64,000 nucleotides of DNA, taken from contig CAVWSQ010000001.1 in the NCBI GenBank assembly GCA_963757655.1, positions 742,897 to 806,896 of the forward strand, written 5' to 3'. Shown here one piece after another: positions 41,737 through 51,185 of this stretch. The position numbers and the translations under genes are program-made. Position 1 is the stretch's first letter, and the number at the start of each line of letters is the position of its first letter. This stretch comes from an uncultured Acidobacteriota bacterium. Lineage in GTDB: Bacteria > Acidobacteriota > Vicinamibacteria > Vicinamibacterales > CAVVIG01. The notes beneath the pieces are model-generated. The model made no database searches. It was given only the letters and a program-made list of their open reading frames with translations, and was not told the origin of the DNA.

Positions 41737-44700
41737 TCAGTAGCTGAAGAAAAACAACAGATCGACGCCGCTGCCCTGCGCGCGCTGAAACAGCTGCTGC
41801 GTGCCGGAGCCCTGGAGCACGTTGGTTCTCAGACGCAGCCACTTCGTCAGCTCGTACTCCAGGATGAAATTGGTCTCGGTCTGGCCGCCGATTCCCTGCT
41901 CGACCTTCACGTACAGGTTCTGCCCGAGCTGCTGGCCGACGGTGACCGACGCCGTGCCGCCGGTGTCTGGCGCCGTATTGATCTCGAAGGCGTCGAGGCC
42001 GAGCGCGTTCTCGATCGACGACGACAAGGCGCTCGCCAGCGTACCGGTAGCCAGCTGCTGGGCGCGCTGCGCCAGCGATACCTGCTGTCCCTCGCCGAGC
42101 GAATTGATCGGCTGGTTGAACACGATGAGCGACAGGATATCGGCCTGTTCGAGCGGCGGCGTGCTGCTGAGGACGATGTCGGGCTTCTTGAGCGTCCCGC
42201 GCACGTCGACGCGCGCTTCGACACCTTGAATCAGCCGGCGGGTGCGGATGTCGAGCAGCGGATTCATCTCGTCGAGCGGGTCGCCGGCAAACCGCACCGT
42301 GCCGTCACGAAGGATTTCGAAGCGGCGGCCCTGGAAGTCGTAGGTGCCGCGGACGGTGTTGACAGCGCCGACCAGCACAATCGGCTGGCCCGGTGCCTTG
42401 GTCGCCCGAAGATTGCCGCCCAGCGTCAGGTTGATCGCGCCCAGGCTGACCGGCGCTCCCGGAGCCCGCAGTTCGCTGGCCTTGATCACCAGGTCGTCCG
42501 GCACGGTGACGCGCACGTCCATCTTCAGCGCGTCGAGCGGGGACTGGGATGCCGGCGCGGACGCCGCATCGGGCGTGGTCGCGTACTCGGTCTGCTGCGT
42601 CGCATAGGCCGAATCGCTGGCGAGAGCCAGAATCTGGTCCAGATCCACCTGGCCGGTCGAAACCCCGAAGTCTCCCTCGATACGCGGCCGGCGAAGCTCG
42701 CCGCCGATCTCGAGGTTGCTGTTGATCCGCACGTTCCCCAGCTTGTTGTCGACCACCTTGAAGTCGTTGGCGGTGACGAACAGCTCCACGCCGCCAGCCG
42801 CGCGCTCGTGGATGGCGAGATCGCCGGTTATCGACAACGCGCTCTGGTGGTTGTCGAGCACCGAGATGTTGTCGATGTGCACCTTGTCCGGCTGCAGATC
42901 GAGCTTGCCCTGCAGGTTGGCATAGACGACGCCGGTCGGCTCGACGGTGAAGCCGGCCTTGTCGACGGTCACAACGCCGGTGGGATGCGGGTCGGACGCC
43001 GAGCCGGTCACGTCGATCCTGGCCTGCACGGTACCGGTGACCTTGGTGAGCGCTGTCGTGAAGCCCTGCACCAGACCGAGATCGATTGGCGTGCTGTCGA
43101 TGTGGAGGTCGATCCGATCGCCGAGTGCGACCGGGGCGCCGTGCGCGGCCGATCGCGTTTCAGCCGAACCGCCGCCCTTGAACAGCGCGGTGGGTACGTA
43201 GCCCTTCGCGGTCAGGTAGGTGGTCGGATCCTGATCCAGCCTGGTGTCGAGCGTCAGGCCGGGCCCGGCGTAGCTCACGCTGCCGCCGAAGGCGGCATAG
43301 CGATACTGCTGGAAACCACCCTGCTCGATGCGGAAATCGGCCTTCACCGCCGGCGCCTCGGTGGTGCCCGTGACGGTGCCGGTGGCGTTGAGCGTTCCGG
43401 TGAGCTGCGGCGGCCGCAGCAGCAGCGCGTCCACGCCAGCCAGATCGATGCTGGTGAGCGTCACCTTCAGCGCGTCGCCCGGGCGTCCGAACGTGCCGTC
43501 GGCGGCCAGCCGCTGACTGCCGTTGACCAGCGTGACGCCGTTCACCGACACCGCGTCGTGGCCGTAGTTGACGGCCGCCTGCGATCCGGGCGCGAGCTGC
43601 CAGGTCTGCCCCTGCGCCTGCAGGCCGAGGCGCTGCAGATGCACTTCCTGATGATCCGGGTGCAGCAGGAGCGAACCGGCGGCGGCAAGCGAGCGTTGCG
43701 GCTGCCTGGCCGTCGCGTCGAAGTCGAGCTGCTTCTGCTGGTATGTCGTCTTCGCGTCGAGCGCGTTGATGTCCTGACCGCCGATTGACACGAAGGTGGC
43801 GTGCGTATTGGCGGTGAAGCTGGCGTCGGCCACCGTGAGCTCCGGGATCGACGCGGTGAAGTCGCTGGAGACGGACAATGCGCCGTTGTCTCCGTACTTC
43901 ACACCGTCTCCGAGCAGCGTACCCGCGGCCTTCAGCTCGCGCCGGTTTCCGGTGACCGTCGCGTCGATCTTGCCGATGCCCGAGATCGGCTGATCCACCA
44001 GTTTGCCGATGGCTTCGAGCGCCGGCGAATCGGCGTGAAGCTTCAAGTCGGACTGATGGCGATCGTCCAGCGCCACGGTGCCGCTCGCCTGCACGTTGAC
44101 GTCGCGGCCGACGATTTCAAGCGTCCGGATCTGGCCGACGGAGTCGCGATAGGTGCCGTCCAGCGACGCATGGGTCAGCTCGAGGCCGCCGATGGTCGAG
44201 GGTTGCAGCGTCACCGTGCCGCCGGCCTGCACGTTCTCGGGCGTCAATCCGGTCGACACCTGCGCGACCGTCGCGTCGATGTCGACCGCTCCGCTGATGG
44301 AGCCCTTCGCCTCGGCCTTCCCCGTGGCCACCGCCGGGTCGACGTTCACCAGATCGCCGGTCGCTTTGAGATGCGCGGTGTCGTGGGCGAGCGCGGCGTC
44401 GAAGGCGAGCTGCCGAATCGTGCCGCCGAGGATGGTCGTGTCGCTCAGCGTCCCGTTGGCGCGGACGTCCATGGTCGCCGCCGTCGTCCCCCGGCCGCTG
44501 GCACCGATGTGCCCGTTGACGACGCTCTGGTATCGATCCTCGGCCAGGGCCGCCACACGGAATTGTTCACCGACGCGGCGCAGATCGAGGTCGGCGACGG
44601 TGGCGTCGAGGCGATATCCAACATCGCCGCCATCGATGGTGATGCCGGCGGTGCTGGTCCCGGCGATGTGCGCGCCGGCCACCGTCGACGGCTGAAACTC

Positions 44701-46164
44701 GAGGTTGGCCACGACTTTGGTGTTCGGCGACGCGGCTGCTCCTCCACGATCGCCTGCGCCGGCGGCCGCGACCATCTTGCCGCTGGCGCGGTACTGCGCG
44801 TTCACGTCGGTGGCCGCCGGCGGCACGTTGAGTCCGCGTGGCAGCTGCCGCAAGTCCACGCCGCGCACGCTGCCGCGCACGTCGAATCCGACCGCGCGCT
44901 CCTTCCGCTCCAGATCGGGGAGCGTCACGTTTCCGGCCACCGTCATCGCCGCCCCGTACGCCGATGCCTTGCCGTCCACGCCGACCTTGCGGCCATCGAT
45001 CCGGCTGTCGAGGTGGAGCCGCTCGGCGACGTAGCCGGCGGCCGCCACCCGCGGGGCGTCGAGGGTCACCGTCCCGCGCAAGGCGTTGACGTTCGCGAGC
45101 GCCTCGCCGCGCAGGTCGAGACGGGCGCTTGCCGTGATGTCGCTCTTCTGTTTCGGGTCGTTCAGCAGCGGCGACAGGTCGAGATGCCGCACCGACACGT
45201 CGCCCTGGACCGACTGTCCCGGCGCCACCAGATCGGCGACGAGCTTCGCGCTCGTCAACCCGGCCGACGACTGGACGTTCATCTCGACGCCGAGCCGATC
45301 GAGCGGACCATGCACCTTCAGGTTGAACGAGGGCTGCAGGCGGATATTCGCCAGCGCCGGCACCAGGCGCGCGATTTCCGGCAGCGACAGCTTGTCCGAG
45401 TTCATCTGCAGATTGAAGTTCGGCCTGGTCAGGTAGTTCTGGACGGCGCCGTCGATCGACAGCGCCGTCTCTGACGTGCGCAGCGCGAGTTTATCGACGA
45501 ACAGCGTGTCGTCCCTGACCGCAATCCCACCCGACAGGGCGTTGAGCGCGAGCGCCGGCTCCGATCCACGGAACGATAGATGGCCAATCTCGATCGAGTA
45601 GCGCACCGGCTCGTACTTGAATGAGAGCCTGGCGTCGAGATGCTCGAAGCGCTTCGGCAGCTCGACGCCGGAGGTTCCGAGCGGCGACCCGACGACGACG
45701 GAGCCGTTGCTGATGCCGATGGTGTCGATCGCGATCGGCCTGTCGGGTCCCGTCCGATCCGCTTCCGCCTCCTGTTTCTTGACGAGGCGGCTCAGGGACC
45801 ACGAATCACCGTCGCGCCGCAGGTAGATCACCGGCTGATCGAGCCGGATGCTGTCCACCGACAGGCCCTTGGTCAACAGCTCGAACACGTTGTAGTCGAG
45901 CCCGAGATCCTTCACCGCCACCACCTGGCTGCCGTCCAGCGACAGCCCGATGTTCTCCATCTCGACGCCGAAGAAGAGGTTGCCGCCCAGACGTTCGATC
46001 GACAACGTGCCGTTCAAGTACTGCTGCGCCTCGCGCACGATGTAGCCGCGCAGCCAGTTCTTGAACCAGGCCGTTTGCGACACGATGACCGCCGCCGCCG
46101 TCGTGCCGACGAGCAGCATCAGTACGATGGTCACGACGTGCGTCACCCGTTTGACAATCGACAT
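41737..46164 (-). CDS. tamB: Translocation and assembly module protein TamB (DUF490)
   Basis: 1475 aa. N-terminal signal-anchor VTIVLMLLVGTTAAAVIV, long beta-helical repeat body, conserved C-terminal DUF490-like end ...NFILEYELTKWLRLRTNV. Located downstream of tamA. Confidence 0.85.
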   Translation of the reverse strand: MSIVKRVTHVVTIVLMLLVGTTAAAVIVSQTAWFKNWLRGYIVREAQQYLNGTLSIERLGGNLFFGVEMENIGLSLDGSQVVAVKDLGLDYNVFELLTKGLSVDSIRLDQPVIYLRRDGDSWSLSRLVKKQEAEADRTGPDRPIAIDTIGISNGSVVVGSPLGTSGVELPKRFEHLDARLSFKYEPVRYSIEIGHLSFRGSEPALALNALSGGIAVRDDTLFVDKLALRTSETALSIDGAVQNYLTRPNFNLQMNSDKLSLPEIARLVPALANIRLQPSFNLKVHGPLDRLGVEMNVQSSAGLTSAKLVADLVAPGQSVQGDVSVRHLDLSPLLNDPKQKSDITASARLDLRGEALANVNALRGTVTLDAPRVAAAGYVAERLHLDSRIDGRKVGVDGKASAYGAAMTVAGNVTLPDLERKERAVGFDVRGSVRGVDLRQLPRGLNVPPAATDVNAQYRASGKMVAAAGAGDRGGAAASPNTKVVANLEFQPSTVAGAHIAGTSTAGITIDGGDVGYRLDATVADLDLRRVGEQFRVAALAEDRYQSVVNGHIGASGRGTTAATMDVRANGTLSDTTILGGTIRQLAFDAALAHDTAHLKATGDLVNVDPAVATGKAEAKGSISGAVDIDATVAQVSTGLTPENVQAGGTVTLQPSTIGGLELTHASLDGTYRDSVGQIRTLEIVGRDVNVQASGTVALDDRHQSDLKLHADSPALEAIGKLVDQPISGIGKIDATVTGNRRELKAAGTLLGDGVKYGDNGALSVSSDFTASIPELTVADASFTANTHATFVSIGGQDINALDAKTTYQQKQLDFDATARQPQRSLAAAGSLLLHPDHQEVHLQRLGLQAQGQTWQLAPGSQAAVNYGHDAVSVNGVTLVNGSQRLAADGTFGRPGDALKVTLTSIDLAGVDALLLRPPQLTGTLNATGTVTGTTEAPAVKADFRIEQGGFQQYRYAAFGGSVSYAGPGLTLDTRLDQDPTTYLTAKGYVPTALFKGGGSAETRSAAHGAPVALGDRIDLHIDSTPIDLGLVQGFTTALTKVTGTVQARIDVTGSASDPHPTGVVTVDKAGFTVEPTGVVYANLQGKLDLQPDKVHIDNISVLDNHQSALSITGDLAIHERAAGGVELFVTANDFKVVDNKLGNVRINSNLEIGGELRRPRIEGDFGVSTGQVDLDQILALASDSAYATQQTEYATTPDAASAPASQSPLDALKMDVRVTVPDDLVIKASELRAPGAPVSLGAINLTLGGNLRATKAPGQPIVLVGAVNTVRGTYDFQGRRFEILRDGTVRFAGDPLDEMNPLLDIRTRRLIQGVEARVDVRGTLKKPDIVLSSTPPLEQADILSLIVFNQPINSLGEGQQVSLAQRAQQLATGTLASALSSSIENALGLDAFEINTAPDTGGTASVTVGQQLGQNLYVKVEQGIGGQTETNFILEYELTKWLRLRTNVLQGSGTQQLFQRAQGSGVDLLFFFSY

Positions 46165-46205
46165 CGCTGGTCCCTGGTCCTCAAAGCGCGATCCTCAATC
46201 CCCAA

Positions 46206-48068
46206 TCAGAAGGCTTGCCCGATGCTGAAATGCAGACGGAAGCGCCGCGTCTGCGGGCTGCCGTTCACGAGCAGGTCGGGCGTCGGATTCAATTGATAGC
46301 CGATGTCGAAGCGGAGCGGGCCGACCGGCGTCTGGTAGCGCAGGCCCGGACCAATCGCATAGCGCAGGTCGCCGAGCTTGAACCCGAACGAATCGGCCCA
46401 GACGTTGCCGGCATCGAGGAACAGCACGCCGCCCAGGTTGCCGCGCAAAACGGCACGCAGCTCCTCGCTGAACGCCAGCATGCTGTTGCCGCCGATTGGC
46501 TGGCCTCCGCTCAGCGGGCTGATTTCATAGCGGCCCCATCCCCGGATGCTGGTAGCGCCGCCGAGAAAATACTTCTTGGCAAACGGCACGTTGCTCGGCT
46601 CGTCTCCCACCGGGCGGATGTTGGCGACCTGCAGCCGACTGGCGATCACCAGGTTGTCGCCGAGCGGCAGATAGTGACGGCCGTCGGCTGACGCCGAGTA
46701 GTAGTTGAAGCTGCCCGGTACCAGCCGGCCCGCTTCCTCCGCGTGCAGGGCGACCTGGAAGCCGCGGTGCGCGTTCAGCAGGTTGTCGGCGGTCGAATGC
46801 TGGTAGTCGACCCCCAAGGCGTTGAGGGTGCCGTTCTGCTCGCGCGTGGTGGGGTCCAGGCCGAGTGAGATCAAGGTGTTGCGGAGCTCGACGTTGTCGA
46901 ACGCCTCGTCCGTGATCAGACTGCTGTCGTGTTCACTGGTGATCGACAGGCCCCATGACGTCCGCTCGCTGGAGCGATGGGTCACCGAGAGCTTGGCGCC
47001 AGACACCACCGATCGATACGCCGGAGTGTAGGTGTACCACTGCTGCCCTTCCACCCCGAGCGAGAGGTGTGGCCGGAAGAAGTACGGCTGGTTGAAGTCG
47101 AGCCGCGCGCCGCGATCGAGCGATGACCACCGGACGTGGATACCGGCTGAACGCGCGCCGCCGAGAAAGTTGACGTGGTGATACTCGGCGTCGACGCGCG
47201 CCTTCTCCTCGGTACCGTAGCCGACGCCGAAGTTGACGCGCTGGTGATTGCCCTCGGCCACCGTCACGCGCACCGGGACCTCGTCGGGCTGCTGTTCCTG
47301 GTTCAGGGTCTCGACATTGGCGAACTGAAACAGCTCGAGCCCGTACAGCCGGCGCTGCGAGTCCTGCACCACGCTGCGCCGGAAGAGCTCGCCCGGCTTG
47401 AAGGTCAGCTGCCGCCGGATGATGTGTTCGTCGACGCTCTTGTTGCCGACGACTTCGACCGTCCCGAAGTGCGCGAGCTTCCCGGGCTCGGCCGTGAACG
47501 TCAGCACCGCCTGTTTGCCGTCGCTGCCAGCGTCCTCATCGGTCGTGACCTTGCCGTACGGAAAGCCGTGGTCTTTGAGCTCGTTCACGGCCATTTCGTG
47601 AGTGCTGACGACCAGCTGCCGGTCGCGCGGCTGTCCGACCTTCAACGGGACGGCCTTCTCGAGCGCCTCGAGATGCGCTGGGGGCACCTCATCGAATCCC
47701 GAAAAGACGATCGCCTTGACCACGACGGGGGCGCCTTCATCGACCGTGACGCTGAGATCGACTTCGTCCTGCTTGTCGTTGAGCTTGACGTCGAAGCCGG
47801 TGACGCGCGCGTCGGGGAAGCCGCGATCGGCGTAGAAGGCCTGGATGCGCTTCAAGTCGGCGTCGAAGCGCGAGCGGTCGAAAAAATACTTCTTGCCCCA
47901 TGGAATCTTCGAGCTCTGGCGAGTGGCCAAAGCCTCTTTGAGTCGGCTCTCGTCGACCGCCTTGACGCCTTTGAAGGAGAGGCTGTGGACCTTGACCGTC
48001 CCTCCTTCCTTGCAGGCCGGGGCCAGGGCGAGCACGACGACGGCCAACGCGGCGATCGACAAACGCAT
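46206..48068 (-). CDS. tamA: BamA/TamA family outer membrane protein (POTRA + Omp85 barrel)
   Basis: Start MRLSIAALAVVVLALAPACKEGG (ATG 48068). POTRA-like repeats, Omp85 barrel, terminal ...RFRLHFSIGQAF. Confidence 0.85.
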   Translation of the reverse strand: MRLSIAALAVVVLALAPACKEGGTVKVHSLSFKGVKAVDESRLKEALATRQSSKIPWGKKYFFDRSRFDADLKRIQAFYADRGFPDARVTGFDVKLNDKQDEVDLSVTVDEGAPVVVKAIVFSGFDEVPPAHLEALEKAVPLKVGQPRDRQLVVSTHEMAVNELKDHGFPYGKVTTDEDAGSDGKQAVLTFTAEPGKLAHFGTVEVVGNKSVDEHIIRRQLTFKPGELFRRSVVQDSQRRLYGLELFQFANVETLNQEQQPDEVPVRVTVAEGNHQRVNFGVGYGTEEKARVDAEYHHVNFLGGARSAGIHVRWSSLDRGARLDFNQPYFFRPHLSLGVEGQQWYTYTPAYRSVVSGAKLSVTHRSSERTSWGLSITSEHDSSLITDEAFDNVELRNTLISLGLDPTTREQNGTLNALGVDYQHSTADNLLNAHRGFQVALHAEEAGRLVPGSFNYYSASADGRHYLPLGDNLVIASRLQVANIRPVGDEPSNVPFAKKYFLGGATSIRGWGRYEISPLSGGQPIGGNSMLAFSEELRAVLRGNLGGVLFLDAGNVWADSFGFKLGDLRYAIGPGLRYQTPVGPLRFDIGYQLNPTPDLLVNGSPQTRRFRLHFSIGQAF

Positions 48069-48162
48069 AGTGGGCACTAAAGAACCATAACGCGTGCCAC
48101 TTTCGCGAAGGAACCAGATTGGTGTGGAGTGCAGGCGGGCGGGACTGCCGATTGTGATCGGC

Positions 48163-48351
48163 CTATTCCCTCGTGATCTCGGGCTTGCCTGAGGAAACGG
48201 CGAGCATGACGCCGAGGCCCACGGCGATGATCGCACCAATCGCGAACCACGTGCCGCTGATATGAGCCAGGACGCCGGCCTTCCACAACGCCAACACGGC
48301 GCCGAGGACGAGGACGAAATAGCCGATCAGAAAGAGATGGATGAAGCGCAT
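48163..48351 (-). CDS. Small two-TM membrane protein (62 aa), hypothetical
   Basis: MRFIHLFLIGYFVLVLGAVLALWKAGVLAHISGTWFAIGAIIAVGLGVMLAVSSGKPEITRE. Confidence 0.4.
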   Translation of the reverse strand: MRFIHLFLIGYFVLVLGAVLALWKAGVLAHISGTWFAIGAIIAVGLGVMLAVSSGKPEITRE

Positions 48352-48364
48352 GGGTGACGGTTTA

Positions 48365-48432
48365 GGGCTTAGAGAGGGCGGAGGGCTCAGCCCTTGACTC
48401 TGACTAAGCCCTCAGCCCTTATTCCTAAGCCC
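48365..48432. repeat. Heptamer-based repeat cluster (GGGCTKA / TMAGCCC) with internal palindrome
   Basis: gggctta (48365-71), palindrome agggct-c-agccct (48382-94), taagccc (48405-11), tcagccc (48412-18), taagccc (48426-32). Opposite orientations could pair. Confidence 0.8.
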
Positions 48433-48441
48433 CGTCCTTCA

Positions 48442-50164
48442 CTATCGCAAGTTAACCACCAGGGCCGCGCGACGATTCAGGCGGCGCGTTTCCTCGCGGC
48501 TGTTGTCGTACTTCGGCCGTTCCTCGCCGTAGCTCACCGTGCGCAGACGATCCGCGCCGATGCCGCGGCTGACGAGGTAATCCTTCACGGCGTTGGCGCG
48601 ACGATCGCCCAGCGCGAGGTTGTACTCGGCGGTGCCGATGCTGCAGGTGTGCCCTTCGATTTCCACACGCAGCGTGGCGTTCTCGCGAAGCGCCGCGACG
48701 GCTTCGTCGAGCAGGCGCGTCGCTTCCGGCCGCAGCGAGTAGCGGTCGAAGTCGAAATACACGTCCTCGAAGGTATAGTTCCGTACGGGCGGACTCGTGA
48801 CCTGGATGTTGACCGTGTCGGACGCCGTCTTGTTGTCCGACGGGCAGGTCACAGTGACCGTCACCGGGACGCTGCCTTCCTGCTGCGGCGCGGTCCACGT
48901 CGTGGATCGTTCCGCGGGCTGTGCGAGCGTGCCGCCGGGCGCGGTCCAGCGGTACGTCACCGAGCAGCTGATGGAGTCGGTGACGGTGGCTGTCACGGTC
49001 GATGTCTTGCCCACTTCCACCGTGCACGGATCACAGGCGGCCTTGACGCTCAGGTTGTGGATCGGCGCCGGGAGCGGCGCCGGGGCCGGCGGCGGCGGCG
49101 GTGGCGGCGGCACATAGACCTTCACGCCGGGGTGATAGCCGATCCGGAACTGCATGTCGTAGTAGTCGCCGACGACATCGGGCTCGTCGGTAAACGATCC
49201 GTTGCGCGCACGCGACGGCACGTTCCAGCTGACGCCGGCGCCGAAGAATAGACCCTTCCGGGTCTGGAGCGTGAGGCCCAGCGTCGCGCGCGTGACGTTC
49301 TCGGTATTGGACGTCAGCGGCGAGAGGCTGAGATCGATGCCGGTGAGCGCCGTGCCGGTAGTGGCGACGTCGCTCGACGGGACCAGGCCATTCAACTCAC
49401 CCACGACCCGAAGGAAGTTGCGCGACGGGAAGGTCAGGCCGGTGCCCCAGCGGAACGCACCGCCCGGGGTGTCGAAACCGTCGGGGGCGCCGCGCCACTC
49501 GTAGCCGCCGTAGCCTGAGACTTCAACGAGCTTCGCCGCTTCCTTGCTGACGACGCCGTCGATCGAGAAGTCGGGCTTGCCGGTGCTGACACCCGCGTCG
49601 ACCTTGCCGGTGGGCAGCTTGATCATGCCGCGGACCGCGAGCGCGGCGGGATCGTTGCGCGATTCCGACAGCACGTTGAATTTCGCGCCCACGAACAGGT
49701 CGCCGACGTTGTCGCCGGTCCAGGTACTGGTTGACCTTGGGGTAGCGATCGATGAACCCGCCAAACGCCGGGTCGTTGACGAAGATCGGCCGGATGTCAC
49801 GGTCGATGCGGGTGTCGACGAGAAACGATCCGAAGACCTCGGCGCGGCCGCCGATGCCGTAGGCAAACGTCCCGGCGAAGTCGGCGACGTTGGTGTACCC
49901 CTGGATCCAGTTGGTGCCGCGGCGGTAGACGCTCGTCGACCACTGTCCCTTACCCAGGACCTCGCCGGTCGGCACAAACCACAGCCCAGTGTCTCCGTTG
50001 AACGTCGTCGTCGCCGGTCGCGTTTCCTCCGCGGTCGACGAGGACGAAGGTTGGGTAGCGGTGGTGCTCTGCGCCGTGGATGTCCCTGAAGAGCCGCTCT
50101 GTGCGTGTGCGCTCGCCGCTACGGCGAGCGTCATCACACAGATCGCGGCGACGCGTCTTGCCAT
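48442..50164 (-). pseudogene. OmpA-family outer membrane protein (porin-like barrel + Pro linker + Ig-like domain + OmpA_C), interrupted by a +1 frameshift near 49723
   Basis: N-terminal part in the frame of ORF 49523..50344 (MARRVAAICVMTLAVAASAHA...FIDRYPKVNQY). The rest is in the frame of ORF 48442..49977 (WTGDNVGDLFVGAKFN...OmpA_C: NYTFEDVYFDFDRYSLRPEA...RRAALVVNLR). Total length 1723 nt is not a multiple of 3. Confidence 0.75.
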
Positions 50165-50202
50165 TGTTAGTCGCCTCCAAAACGTTCGCTCGATCGAGCC
50201 GA

Positions 50203-50460
50203 TCATTCCGCACGATTTTCGGCCGGACCATCGACGATGGCCCGCGGTTCCTGCGGGTCCGCCGGAACCACGAGCCGGCCCCGTCCGCCGCGGCTGACCT
50301 GACCGCCCTTGCGGCCGGCGTTGCGCGCCTCGTCCGCGGTCCACTCGTGAGCCGTCCCCTTCTCGTGCGCGGCGCGCCCGCCCTTGCTGGCAATCTCGCG
50401 CTGCTTCTCGGCCGACATCGACGCGAACCCACGCCGTTCTTTGCGTTCACCTGTATTCAC
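50203..50460 (-). CDS. KGG-repeat general stress protein
   Basis: GTG start with GGAGG SD. RGFASMSAEKQREIASKGGRAAHEKG...AGRKGGQVSRGG. Confidence 0.75.
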   Translation of the reverse strand: MNTGERKERRGFASMSAEKQREIASKGGRAAHEKGTAHEWTADEARNAGRKGGQVSRGGRGRLVVPADPQEPRAIVDGPAENRAE

Positions 50461-50481
50461 CGATTTGCCCTCCGTAAGTTA

Positions 50482-50727
50482 TCAGACTTGTGAACCAACG
50501 ACATAAGGACCCTGCTGTCCCGGTTGCGGGGGAGGATCCTGGACACGCGGAGGACGGGGCTGGTCGAGCGGCGTCTCAGGTGTCTTGTCCGAGTCCTTCT
50601 CGTCGCCGTCCGGACCGTCCGGCACCGGCTGGCACCGGAAATCCCGGGTGGCGTCGTTCGAGTGGACCCCCGTCACACCTGGACGATTATCAAAGTCTAT
50701 GCCCACCTCTCCCGCCAGGCTGAACAC
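50482..50727 (-). CDS. Hypothetical Pro/Asp-rich disordered protein
   Basis: ORF only. Mixed codon bias. Ends 21 nt upstream of the KGG gene start. Confidence 0.25.
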   Translation of the reverse strand: MFSLAGEVGIDFDNRPGVTGVHSNDATRDFRCQPVPDGPDGDEKDSDKTPETPLDQPRPPRVQDPPPQPGQQGPYVVGSQV

Positions 50728-50849
50728 GTAAATGGCTGGTTTTCCGAGGATTTACAGAACCCGGGCAAAAACGGAGTGGAAAGACATTGCAGCAGTTTGC
50801 TACAGAAGGGCTTGGAGAAGTAGCAAATGACTGCGAAGCCGGGTCCCGA

Positions 50850-51185
50850 CTACTTGGCCTGTTGAGGCACGTATCCGGGGGGGAGTGCGGCGCCGTCACC
50901 GAAGAAGAAATCCTCCATGTGCTTGGCGACCAGGTCCTGAGCCTCCTTCTGCCACGGCATCAGGCGGTACTCGTTGAGGATCATCTTCATGCGCTCTTCC
51001 CAGAGCTTCCAGGCATCCTTCGAAACGTGGTCGAAAATGCGCTGACCGAGCTCGCCGGGCCACGGTACGCTGTCGAGCCCGGGCAACTCCTTCTGGTACT
51101 TCACGCACATGACCGTGCGGCCGCTGGTGTTGGTGGACGGGCTCGGGGCCGGCTTCGGTCCCGACGGTCCGCAGGAATCAGCCAT
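50850..51185 (-). CDS. YggX-like Fe(2+)-trafficking / oxidative-damage protection protein with N-terminal extension
   Basis: GRTVMCVKYQKELPGLDSVPWPGELGQRIFDHVSKDAWKLWEERMKMILNEYRL parallels E. coli YggX ([36 protein letters not shown]..W...QTMLINE..L). ATG 51185 overlaps the ATP-grasp stop by 8 nt. Confidence 0.75.
   Translation of the reverse strand: MADSCGPSGPKPAPSPSTNTSGRTVMCVKYQKELPGLDSVPWPGELGQRIFDHVSKDAWKLWEERMKMILNEYRLMPWQKEAQDLVAKHMEDFFFGDGAALPPGYVPQQAK

Noticed and set aside
49715-49735. Programmed +1 frameshifting in the OmpA-family gene
   Set aside because: There is no in-frame stop or rare codon at the shift site, no upstream SD-like stimulator and no known slippery motif. An indel or sequencing error is the simpler explanation. 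Still listed as a finding to be checked.
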